A stretch of 64,000 nucleotides of DNA from Azolla caroliniana (taxonomy: Eukaryota; Plantae; Polypodiophyta), in assembly GCA_043228905.1 (NCBI GenBank), contig JBHGNT010000010.1, positions 3,286,001 to 3,350,000 of the forward strand, read 5' to 3'. The translations under genes were made by a program, and so were the position numbers. Shown piece after piece: positions 35,301 to 47,737 of this stretch (its first letter is position 1; each line of letters opens with the position of its first letter). Under the pieces are notes generated by a model. That model made no database searches and was not told where the DNA came from. It saw only the letters and a program-made list of their open reading frames with translations.

Positions 35301-38300
35301 TTCTGACTTTAGTATTGAGCCATATACGTTAGCCACGTAATAGTCAATCATGAATGTCCTATAGTTGCTCAGCTCATGAGGTCTCCACTCTTGAGGATTA
35401 GCGCAATGATATGTTCTATCCATATAAGTAGGGAAACCTTCAAGCATAGCTCTATTAAAGATATGTGCTTACAATGGAGCTAGATGTCACAGGCATAGAT
35501 AAAGTGTTCACCAACCAATCCATCATGATCCTAGGCCTTCTCAAATTGTGACCAATCAATGGCATTTCTTAAGTTTTCTAGAGTAAAAAAGGTGGACTCA
35601 TGAGCCATGCGGTTGGGGAAGCGGAGGCTGTCCCAGGATACCATACAGTACCTTCAAATATTCATACCACACGTGAGGTGAGGTCAGTTGGTTGGCAGGT
35701 TGCCCCTCCTCATTACACAATTTCCATGCTCTTTTACTTTCTTGTCCTAGGAACAAGCGATACAAATGATCTTCAAATTTAGCAAAATACAATCTCTCTT
35801 CTTCCTCACGAGGCATTAGAAGGTTGCTCTAGCTTGTTTGTGTGTATAAATACCCCAAATTACTTTGTGATGCAAGCCTCTCCTTGTATCACGATATTCC
35901 TCATGATACCAACTATTTTGTATGATTACCAAGTTTGGAGGCATAGCCCCTTGTGTTGGGAAAGGCATTTGCGGCTGTTTTATGCAATGACTTTGGCAAT
36001 CCTTGTCTTACTTCATCTATGGGTGTGAACGGATCCAAATCTAGCATACTATTATATACTACACAACTATACAGATCAATTGTCTTCTGAATAAATTGGT
36101 GTTTAGCCAGCCTACTCTCCTTCCCATTTCTTATTGTTTGCATTAAACTTTCCTCAATAACTACATGCTGCACTTGAAGGTCTAGGAGATCTTCCGAATC
36201 CAATCTTTTTATACATTTTTATATGTCAGCTACCCAATTAGATGAGAGAATTGTGCTCTTGTGTATCTTTTGTAGCTTACATCCCACATTCCAGCAAGTT
36301 GTGGCAATCTATGATTTGGCATATCCTTGACCTTTGTAATGCATTTATATACTCTTTGTGGTGATACATCATAAAAAGGTATAGTTGGAGAAAAAGAAGT
36401 GCCAAAAACAATCTTCTAATGTGCTGATGCATGCCTAGGAGGCTAACAAATGTTGAATCCCTAATCCAAGGTTTCTAAAAGATGGAAATGCTGAAAAATT
36501 AGGGCGGTACATATAGTTGGGGAATAAGGGCACTGTACATCTTGAGATGTGCAGAAAATGAAAACCTCGACAAGATCAGGATTTGGAAAGATATCAGACC
36601 CATAATTCTTACTATGGCATTAGCCTGACTCCATGTGCAAATCCCCTATCAAACATATGGATTTCCTGCTAGAGATGTCTAATATCTAAGGAGCTCAACC
36701 CAGGAGCAGCACTCTCCATCCTATGATAACCATGACACAGACATTGGCATGCTTGAGATAATTTTACAGCTTGGAAGCTCCTACAATCATAACATGTATA
36801 ACCGTTATCATTTTAATCAATAACCATAGCATTTAGTGGTTAAGCGTACAATTTTGCCGAAATGGGAAACATGTTTTATCATGTATCCAATGTCAACAAA
36901 TATTTCAGTGCTATCTAACCTGGCTTTCAACAGTTAATTCAGCAATGGATTTAAGAGCCTCCACAACAGGTGCCAAAAAGTGTTCCTCCAATTCATTAAA
37001 ATCCCTGCAATAAAATATATGTGCACTTCAGTATGCCGTTTAATTGAATAATTTGAGCTCATTAAATGCACTATTTACAATACTCCAATATACTTTCATG
37101 GAAATAACATAGCGACAAAGGCATCCGGTATCTTTCCACAAAACATTCTGAAGTGGAATGCAAATCACAGATTTAGAATGGCCCAATAGTTATATTTCAG
37201 GCTTCCAATATACATGTCTTTCTTTCAAAGTCACAAAAGATAATAATGACAAGGAATCGGTTGATCATGAAACATGATCCATAGATGTTTGGACAGTCTC
37301 TAGTAGAATTTTTAGTTTACATTGCATAATGTATATAGTCCATGCAAAGACATCAACTATTGACGTTATCTACGTAGCCAAAAGGCTGTCCATGGACGAA
37401 ATTTACAATCTTCATATTTTCCACCAGCACCAGATATTGGCTCTTTGTGCTAAGCAATCAGCAGAAATACATGTTTCCAAGTCTAAATGACAATATATAA
37501 AAATTACAACTAGGTAAATCAATTATGAAAGACCATTACCAATCAAAAATCCAATCCTTCGGCTGAGCATTGAGCAAACTGAATGAAAGAATAGCCCTTC
37601 CATCTGCAGCAAGAGGAATAGATGCACCCTTTTCTTCAATGGTTACTCTATTTTGATGTTGATAACTTCCACCATTCATAAAAAATCTAACTGCCACATC
37701 AGACATCAAAGCTATCTCCTCATCCCCTACCAAATTTTCTTGCCTAGTTCCCATTATCCATGCATGTCGATATTTTCCAATCACTGCCTTCAAAGATGGA
37801 GCCAGGTTATTTCCATCAGTTATCCCAAGATGTAATTTGTTTATACTCAATATTGTATAGATGCCAGTCCTAAGGTTTGACCATGGATGATCTTGGGAAT
37901 GAGTGGAAACTCCATAAGAATAGCTATCCAGGTAATTGTCTAGAACATGATCAGGATTCACATCATCATAAAGGTTTGAATCCCCCAAACCACAAGGCCA
38001 AACAGGAAATCCTTCTGAATCTCCCACCGTCCAACACCGATCGCCTACATCCAGTCTTGCTATAACACCAAAAGATGAGGCACATCCACCATAGCTAGAG
38101 TTATTTTCCATGATAAGGTAGTGCATGGATTTATATAGTTTTTCTACAACCTCATTTAGATCTTTCAATATCAGTTCCTCATCATGAATTGATTTTTTTT
38201 CAACAAAGATAAACTGAAAAAAGCAAGGGAATACAAGTGATGATCCCATGACATTCTGAGCATGCTCTTCAATAGAAGCATACGGAAGAGGAGTCCGGTA

Positions 38301-39530
38301 TATTTCTGTTGATTTTAGCCAAAATGGAAGACCTGTAAATATAGAAAAAACCAAGGATTGAGCACTACATTATTACAAATTCAGTGAAATTATTTTTGTA
38401 GAATGATGGAGCATATAAGCTATTGTAGTATCGAATATAACCAAGAACATGGACTATTACATTATTGGTATTGAACATGATATAATAATCTAGAATCAGG
38501 AAGTGAATCACATGTAATTTTCCAATGATTTTACATATTCATAGGAAAGTATCCAATAATGGACACCTCCTCCTCCGTAAAAATTAAACAACAAAGCCCT
38601 GTTTCAAAAAAAGTTTCTCAATATCCACTTCCATGTATGTATCTAATATCCAACTCTAATCCCTTTTTCATCTTTGTCATGTTCATGTGCTTGTTACCTT
38701 TAGTAGAGCCTATTTAAGAAATATGCATTCCACTTCCATAATAACCAGCCCTTTACAAAAAGCCTTAGGTCACCATGTCAATTCAATTTTGCCAGGTTTT
38801 ACTTCCACTTATGATGCAATAACCAACTCTTTGCAAAAATCTCTTTTCATCTTTGTTATACTCCTCTATCACCTTGTAATTTTAGAACAACAAATACTTG
38901 CGTCACAAACTCAATACTTCTTTTGCAAAATCTTCCACTCCCATCATACTGTGCAACATCCAACACAATGAAAAATACCTTTGTTTCATGATTCCAATAC
39001 TGTTTGAAGCCTAAGATTTAGTATGAAATACACAGATCCTTTAAAGGATCCACAAGGATTAGAACATTGCAGAAGTTATGTTCTTGTTATAATCGTGTCA
39101 TTGTTATAACAACTTTTTCGTTTGTTATACTGCACTTATACACACAGGCATGTCCTTGGACTTGCTTAGATATATAACATTAAATTTCAAGCTTTTTCTA
39201 CCATTTGCAAGTGCTAGATTTAGTATCAGAGGCGCAGTGAATCTCGTATGACATCAACGTTATCCATTTTTTTAGTTAAAGCCAAGAAATTTAGAAGAAA
39301 CCTTATGCGTTAAGAATGCTCTCATATATGATTGTATATATACACATTCAGTTTTTTGCGTCGATGGGAAAAATGGAACAGAACAAAGGCATACCAACTA
39401 AGAACGAAACGAGGATGGAAAGAACGACAGACAGACGCTTCTTCCCTGGCTTTCTAGGTCTGAGCTCCTCCGCCTTCTTCACTGCGGGCACTTCATCTAT
39501 CGCAGTTTCCTCCTCCGCCTCCGCCTCCAT
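26366..39530 (-). CDS. PIGS: GPI transamidase component PIG-S (GPI17), 629 aa. Exons 39530-39395, 38332-37540, 37004-36920, 30909-30820, 30676-30603, 30240-30156, 30082-30002, 29885-29755, 28158-28077, 27384-27337, 27250-27178, 26688-26585, 26473-26366
   Basis: Exons total 1890 nt in frame with GT-AG introns. N-terminal TM followed by GLPFWLKSTEIYRTPLP, then SQVLYYT, NGFTSPGWGGVII, AEEAFFQPSIMSHLYLPLEHHFAIYAPFFVP (C-terminal TM). Confidence 0.92.
28740..28990 (+). mobile_element. LINE 3' fragment in a PIG-S intron
   Basis: SSHQLDIEIVGY...ICQLC...VESEGHY..., same type as 17745-18050. Confidence 0.55.
31250..31990 (+). mobile_element. Decayed gypsy integrase remnant in PIG-S intron 3
   Basis: HPLDIPSNKWE, DQTKQFNQIIEYM, EWEHYLPLLEFA*NSS...YSPFML. 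Confidence 0.65.
32389..33370. mobile_element. Non-autonomous hAT-like DNA transposon (982 bp) with internal tRNA-like repeats
   Basis: TIR CATAGAATG / CATTCTATG. 8-bp TSD GGTACAGG (32381-32388) / GGTATAGG (33371-33378). Confidence 0.75.
34570..36320 (-). mobile_element. Decayed LINE (non-LTR) ORF2/RT remnant
   Basis: IGVKQGCPLLPTLFGLY, MLLYADYIPLISDSLEGL, SNYRTFMI, SYTYLGVTF, with multiple frameshifts. Confidence 0.8.
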
Positions 39531-42500
39531 CGTCAATCTCTTCTGAAAAGGATTCTTCTGATAGACGCTCGCTCTCTCTTAGCCCGAGAGCAATAGTTTT
39601 TATACTTCCCCGTTAGCACGTGCGGACACTCTGGCGTCATAGGATTTCCAAGGACCAAAAGGCCTTATAATTTGCCGGCCATCAACACACATACACATAC
39701 ACTTTGGAGGGGCCTCTTGATGACCGGCAAAAGAACCGCATTCATCCACCCGAACCAAACCCCTCATGTGTCAAAAATCTACCTTCAAATACATACCACA
39801 AATACCAGGCTGAGTCAAGTCACAGCTAATCTCAGCCCTGCCATTCTACACTGCGGTATAACCCTGCCACGATGCGTGGAGGTGGACCGCGGACTTGACA
39901 TTGAAGAAATATTACACACATAGACATGGGGAAGTTGATGGCTACAACATCAGAGCAACTTGAGAGATAAACTTTGAGAGAATGCAACTCCACTACAAAT
40001 GACAACTGAGGTGCCACCAAGTATTGAATTGATGGTCGTCGCCTTCGATGCACCCATGAGAAGGCCACCAAACTTCCTCGGTCCTAACAACAAATAAAAT
40101 GTGGCAACTACATCGCCCACAAAGGCCACTCACACAATCGGGGTGATAGTGGAAGGATCATGTGCACTACACAAAGAAGGCAACCTAATGGAGGTTTTGC
40201 AGCCCTCCTAAACTCATGATGGCCATGAAGAAGAAGCCTTGTTATAGTTGAGATGGTCAACTTTCATGTCTTACCACCTCATGGCCTAAAAGTCACCCCT
40301 CACCATATCGACATACAAGCAATTTTTAACCCATCACTTTGCCCTAGTCCCTCAAACATCCTAATTTCACCCATTGTTCTAACTTGCACTTCCACCAAAC
40401 ACCATGGAAAAGCCAATGCAATCATAAATATTGCATAGTTGATGGCCTCCACGGATTGTGTTATGGAGATGGGGACTACATATAGGCAAACACTTCAAGA
40501 GGAAGTTGATAGTTAGAAATGCGTATAATGAGAACTGGTAGAGTGGCATTTTCTAGAGGGTTGACATGAAGAGTCCAAATGAAATTTGATGGCACGAAGA
40601 AACAATCACCTAGGAGTTACAACAACACAATGTAGAAGACCGCTTAGCAATGGAACATGAAGTGGTCATCATGCTTATTAAACACAATCGCAACAAAATT
40701 ACAACATTAGATGCATCCACTAAGGACCTTGAGGGTGATAATACAAGCATGGCATGCAAGATTGATGGAAAAAGATGAACCCATCTAAATCATGTGCGTA
40801 GATCACAATAAAATAAATTCAACTAACAACTACCCATAAAGAGCTTCAAAGCTTCATCACACAAAACCACACATTGATCAACACATTACAAGAGGAGGTT
40901 GATGAAACTAAAAGGTTACATGCTCAAAGTCTATACAAGCTTGCAATGATAAACCAAAGCATAGAGGCCCTCAAAATCTAATTGACCTAGTTCATGGCTA
41001 ACCTTGGCTCGAATTGAACAACTATTAGCATAATACAATTGATTGTTGTTGAGCATGTCACAAAAAATGAAGGCAATTTTACAATAGTTGATCATTACAA
41101 GCTTGATGATACACTTCAATGACTTGGATGAAGCAATTGTTTATGTCAACACACTTTCCATTATAGTAGGCCTTGTCAAAGCCCCTCAAACACAACCAAG
41201 TGGTCTTTAAACAAGCTAAGCACACTCTACTTGACTTGCCAAAAAAAAGAAGCAAGTTTATTTAAATGTAGATACGTAAATATATGCTCAAGACCATGGC
41301 ACTCTTCATCTATCGACCTATCAACTTACATTCTGCCTCTCCTCTAGATCGTCCTCTAAAACCCCACCATCAAGGCCAATGAATTACATGAATAAACTAT
41401 ATGAACAATAAATAAAGGAACTAAATCTGAAGAAAAAGTACTTCAAACTTTTACAGGTTGATTTCTCAAAACAAGACATTGAATAGCCCTTCAAACTTTT
41501 AAATTACCTAACTTCTCATCAATGATAGAATCCAAGGTGAAGATCATATTTCTCTTCAGAAGATTTTTTGAATCGCACCCTAATTTATCAATGCTATCAC
41601 TTGAAACATTTGATGAGGGGAAATTGGATTAGTAAAGCCAGTTTTTTAAAGAAGAAAACACAAGCATAGTTTCAAGATTTTGGGAGGAAACAAGCTCGAG
41701 AAAAAAACAATTAGTTGAGGGGTTAATGCATATGCTCTCAAACTGAAAACATTGTCTAAACGCTTTTCTAGCTTGATCTACACAGCTTTATCAAAACATT
41801 ATCAACTTCAAAATGGCCCTCTTCCAAAATGCCACCCAAACCTACAAATTAAAACAAAACTCTATTCCATTTGGAAAACAAATCTGCAAAAATGAATCAG
41901 AAAATGTCGCAAATAATATAATAATAAGACATGACAAATGAATGTAGCTCAAGCATTGCAGTTTTGCGTAGTTGAAACCACCATAGTGCTAGCCTTGAAG
42001 CCATACCCTCTTTCCCTCCATAACAAGCTTTGCAAACAATTGAATCTGAAAATGCCAATGATACATCATGAATGGTTTAGAACAAATTTCACAAGAAAAA
42101 TCCAAATTCAGATACATTATGCCCAGCAAAAAACCAAATTGAATATGGTCTAAGAAAGTTCACTGGTTTAGTTATTAATGCTAAGAAGAGAGCATACAAA
42201 AAATTAACAAAAGATAAAAGATAAATTCCATCAATAGAAAGAGCTTCCAATTCCAGTACACTTGACACGCAATATCATTAAAAAGAGCAGTGTCATGAGC
42301 AAATAAGTTCTGATTGGAAATTAGTCAAACAAAAGGAGAAACTGATGTATCATGAACAAATTACTTCCGATTAGAAATTAGACAAACTACAGGGAAAATG
42401 ATGTGTCATGAACAAATCAGTTGAATTTCAAATGTAAAATCTGTAGGACTAGCACGTACGGAACAAAACAAATAACTTGAATTTTGAATTATAAAATTGA

Positions 42501-42709
42501 AGTCAGCACCATAGAATTCCCATATATTTTCGTTAGCAATGAGAAACGAATCAATACAATTGCCTACCAACTATGTAAACAGAAGGAAATATTTTAAGCT
42601 GAGCTACACACTCAATGTGCTTTAACATTTTCACAGTTACTATGGCAAGAAGCCTGAATTCATATTTTTCATGTGAAGAAAGAAAAATTAGGCTTCCAAT
42701 ATTGTATAC

Positions 42710-45700
42710 CTGATTATCTAGCTCCTTTAAAAGGGACGCTTCATCTGCGGGTTCTCCAATCTTTTGCACTGCAAGTGAAATGACAGTTTTCCGAAATTTC
42801 TTCAATTTCATATTGCAATCAGGAGCCTGTCAAGACCCAATGAGATGTGGTCAGAAAACTGGTTATTTTTCTTTCCTTTTTTCAAATAGACTGTACCAAA
42901 ACACTCACAGCTTGTAAAGTCCTCTTTATAAGCTTTTTCCATTTGATAGTTTTTGGCTTTGTTTCATGTAACGAAGTTTTGCTTACATCACATAAAACAT
43001 GATTACCATTCACGTGCTCATCTAACAGTTCAGCTTTTTCATTCATATGCCCTGTTTTTGTAAGATCATTGTTTAAACTTTCCATGTTTTTGGAGCCTTT
43101 GACTTTTTTATTGTTATTTTCTTCCATTGACCTATTCTCTGATTTCCTTCTTTTCTTTTTTTCTGAAGCAGGTAAATTACTCTCTCCACCAGCTTTTCTT
43201 TCATTATTGTTTCCATCAACCATCGTACCTTCCTTTCTCAATGATCCATCTTCAGGTTTTCCATTATCTTGTTTTTCTTGTACCAATTCATCACCTGAAC
43301 AAACTGTCGCAGCATTTCCATTTATTGATAATGATGATTGTATAGGCACTTGAGTTAGTGCAACAGTAGTTGATAAATCGCCACTGTTTGTGGCCTTTAA
43401 AGATAAAGATCTTGCTTTTGACCTGTGTTTTTTGCCTTGTGAATGTAGCATCAAAGTTTCCTGGCTAGTGGCTTTAACATTACAAATACTGCATCAAACA
43501 AGGAAATTAAATGTAAGGGGAAAGATGAAATCTAAAGATAACCAAAATGCTTAGAAGCTGAAAGTTCACCAACAAAGATCAGACAGTTATCTCACCTCAA
43601 CAGGAAAAAGTTATTCAACAAAATTCTCAGCTCAACATTTTCTGATTATGAAGGACAAAGTTCAATTCTAAAGGTCCTCTAATAGAACATGGGTTAGCAT
43701 ATGGGTCTATAATGTATTTGTTGCTCCATTACCTTTTTACATGAGCACTGGCGGAAATAGTCATTGAGCTTTTCCGAAGATTAATCCTCACAACCCCTAC
43801 TTGATTGACTGCAACCCAGATCCATATTTTCTATGAAAGTATTACAATGCTTGAATATGTAAAGCACCATTATATGCTTTAACAATACTGCCATATCTTC
43901 TCATCTCTTCGTTGCCTCATTTCCACCCTTATCTGCTTCATTTATCGGTTGATAGTAGATATCACAAGAAAACTCAATAAACTTGTCCAATTCCCAGAAA
44001 TAATAAAGATATATGATAGCATTGGGCATCTTCTCTTCCAAAAGCGCACAAAAACCTTTGAATTAAGATCAATTCTTCATTGTACCTTTGAATTAGTATG
44101 AAGCCACCCCAAAACAATCATACTTTACTTCCAAATATTATAACAGAGAAGAAATTCCCATGAAAGATGATCATTTTAATACTAATGTCACATTCCTAAT
44201 CACAACGGAGCACCTTCACATCCATGGAAGCATATTATTCAGTGAATCACCAGCTAACCGCTTTTTGATGTGTTCTGATTGTAAAAAATCTTGTAATCTT
44301 AAGAGATCAAACAAAAAGCAGCATTTGTCTAGTATCAAAATCAATTGGTCTAGATTTTATACCTGCAATTCCATGGTGGTTTTATTGACAGCCCTAGATT
44401 TAAATCAACACCATCTGATTTATACTCCTTCACAGGAGCTTGTACGTTTTCCTTCTTACAACTAGCACCTTTGGGCCCATATTTCTCCTGTGAAAGAATG
44501 TAGGCAAGCTTCAATATTCTTTTACATGAAGTTAACATGAAAAATGTCTCGAGTAAATTTTGAAAGACAGTTTATTAATTATTCAATAGTATTATCTTCG
44601 GGGGAATATTTGCATTTATGGGTATGTATAAACGCTAGAGAAGTCAGTAACAAGATTTTTGGTGCTCGAAGATCAGTTATCACGTTTGTCAGAATCCAGA
44701 TTGACATAACTAGGTATTCTCCCTCTTGACATACAAAAGCTTGACCTATCAAATCACATTACCTGTATCATACAATAACATGGAATCTGAAATATCCATC
44801 ATCACAAGCTATAGCAAATGATTTTGTGTGTCATAGGGACATAGAACCAGATTTTGACCACTTTGTTCAACACATTTGAAAAAGATATTGCAAAATAATT
44901 TAGTTTGATAAAATAACGATTATATCTCAATATGTGCTCCCCTTCCCCAAGTTGAAACTTGACCCACCTGAACCCTTAATATTTTATAACAATAAACTAA
45001 TAATGGTAACCTTCTAAATGTTCCGCTTAGCATTATAATATATAAACAAGGAAAGAATATACCTTTTCTAATTTAGTACACACAATAATTGCTAAGTGCA
45101 AATCTAGAAATAACATCCAGAAAACATCATTTGACATTATTCTGTACACACTTTCCCTTTCAAATCTTAAACAGCTCAGAAAACATCACTTGACATTATT
45201 CTGTACACACTTTCCCTTTCAAAACTTAAACATTTTATGTATCTGATAAAAAAACGACAGTGTTTGCCTTGTAATTTATGTCAATAATTTCCCTTATACA
45301 TACCGCTTCTGAGACACACTGTGTATGCCCTTGAACACTTTGTTGGGTGAATATGACTCCGCAATCAATGCATGAAAGCTGCAAAACCAGAAGCATATTG
45401 GAAAGACAAAGGCACACAGTTTAATAACCATAAATTAACAACTGAAGGTATTGTTGGTATGAAAAGAATTCCACATAACTACAATGGCATTTCATTAGAT
45501 GTATCAGCATGTGGAAATTGATTAAGAAAAAAAATCTTCAACTTATCATTGATCAACCAGTTGTACATTATACTGATATCCTATCAGCTGGCTCTCCACT
45601 TACTGCGATTTGACATGATGCTATTGCTGTAACACTAGGATATAATAGTAGGGTGTACAGGAAATCTAGCTTAGGTGATTCAAATGCTTGATATTGACAC

Positions 45701-46791
45701 ATCAGAACTGAACATTAGTTCTGCCTGCCATGGACCCAGATGAATATTATACAGAGTATATATAACACCACGAGCATAAATGAAATCAATTTGAGCTTTC
45801 AATATAAATAAGAGATTGAAAGTAAACGATACTTTGAAATGTAGAGGAAAATGATTGAAGCAACACCCAATATAGAACTGCCCACTGCCAACAAGTACAA
45901 CATTGTAAACTTCTGCATCCCTATAATGGATTAAAACCATTGGCGAGCTTAGGTTGTGACAAAGACCTCCAGCTAACATAGAAAAGACAAACAGAACTTC
46001 TAACCCAAGAAAAATCAATATAAAGGTCATGAGAGCCAGTCAAAACGTGCATTCATACGCAATCACAACACGAAACCACGTGAAACCAACATAATCACAT
46101 GGAAAATCTGAGGTGAACCCTAACGGGTCCACTATCTACAATCTCACTAAGAACATAAATCAAATAAACCACTTGATCAGATCACAGCCACTATCCAACG
46201 GCTCCCCTGTGATGGCAAAAAAGTATGGCAACTGCAAGACCATGCTTCTTATATCACCTAGCTGACTTTGTGCTGTCCTAGACCCATGAGCTCCCCACTG
46301 CTTCTCTAGCTAGTGGTGGTCACATTATCACAAATGAGGATTGACATTCCTAGGAACAGAAAATGGAAAGGATCTAACCAAACTCTGAAAGAATAAAAAA
46401 AAATGTGAAATAGGAATGCAAAATAAGCATGACAAATCTTCGCTTGTTGAGAGCAAAGAAGAGGAAATTCACGATTGCATTTGAGTATAACTTGAAAACA
46501 AACACGTGCCATTCCTACTCACGTTATAAATGGCCAAAAGAACTAATCATGCACTCGAGTTTGATGAAGACATGATAGGAATTCCATTTAAAATGTATCC
46601 CAACAAAATTCAAACCCACTTTTTTTTTCTTAATTTACCTCACAACTAAAACAAAATCTAATCTGTGAGAAAACACAGTCAAAATCTAATCTGCGATAAA
46701 GTACCTTGTTAGCAGAGCAGCACCGGAAATGGTTCTGTAGCTTTGGCTTCTTCAGGTTCTCCCCGCAGTCTTCGCACTGAAACCACACCAT
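42710..46791 (-). CDS. LYAR: LYAR-type C2HC zinc-finger protein (cell growth-regulating nucleolar protein / UBP1-associated 1C-like). Exons 46791-46705, 45378-45304, 44487-44363, 43488-42909, 42826-42710; terminal exon unresolved
   Basis: MVWFQCEDCGENLKKPKLQNHFRCCSANK|LSCIDCG...HTQCVSEA|EKYGPKG. U1/matrin-type finger CSICNVKATSQETLMLHSQGKKH. K-rich region and IKWKKLIKRTL. 984 nt in frame. Confidence 0.88.
45118..45232. repeat. Intronic tandem duplication, 59-bp period
   Basis: cagaaaacatca.ttgacattattctgtacacactttccctttcaaa.cttaaaca occurs twice. Confidence 0.9.
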
Positions 46792-46902
46792 CTCGTGCTC
46801 CTGTAAAACCCTAGACCAGTAATGGTAGGACCTCCCTAGGGAAAACCCTAAACCTCATAAGGACAACAATTAGGTATGGAGGATAGAACATTCAATTGTT
46901 TG

Positions 46903-47162
46903 CTAAGTATGAACCATACGTACCATACTCTTCATTCGCGAATGTTACATCCATTCGAGTATAATAAACACCCTCGACGTATGGTAAATACCATACTTTT
47001 TAAGTTTTATATTCATTATTTATTACATATAAGGTAAATTTGTTTTAAGGTAAAAAGCGTTAAAAAAATAATACATGAGAATGTTTTGAAAACATACTCA
47101 TTCGTTTTCATTCGTATGAAACCGAGTGTTTGCCAATGCATTCGAGTATATTACGTACTATG
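46903..47162. mobile_element. Short MITE related to the 32389-33370 element (inverted), in the LYAR promoter region
   Basis: Left end gtatgaaccatacgtaccatac resembles the reverse complement of 33345-33370. Right end gagtatattacgtactatg resembles the reverse complement of 32389-32406. No clear TSD. Confidence 0.55.
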
Positions 47163-47332
47163 GGACAACTTTGCTCCTCTAAGAACCGGAAGGTGGTTAT
47201 TTGTCCACAGGGACACTGTTATGGCCTCCTCCTATTATGTCTTGGGCCCTGGCCCCTGGGTGGTTATTTGCCTGTTATTTCCTAGGTGGTTGTATTCCCT
47301 CTGAACACCCTCAAAGGAATGGGGGGGTGCTT

Positions 47333-47737
47333 GTGAACTACCCTAGGACACACATGGTGCCCCGTATGTGTGGACCAGCCAACCATGGGGTATGCTGACA
47401 TCAACATGCGATGAGCAGGGATAAGCACTAGAATGTTGTTGTGGTGGTGCCACTGTTTGCAACTTGTCGTCCCGTCATGGTGTTAATGTCTCACAATGGC
47501 ACAACTTTGTGGTGGTACTATAAAATCCCGCCATAGCAACACCACTCATCTGAACTGCCCTAGGCCACATGTGGTGCCTGATGTGTTGTGGGCTAGCCAA
47601 CCATGTATGGGGTATGACTAAATGAATATGCGATGGGCAGGGGGGAGCACTAGAATGTTGTGACAGTCATGGTGTTAATGACCCACAAGGGCACAACGTT
47701 TGTGGCAACATTGTAGAATCCCACCGTAGCAACACCA
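47333..47737. repeat. Diverged ~200-bp tandem duplication
   Basis: Both copies share tgaact.ccctagg, agccaaccatg, agcactagaatgttg, catggtgttaatg and tagcaacacc in the same order. Confidence 0.75.
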
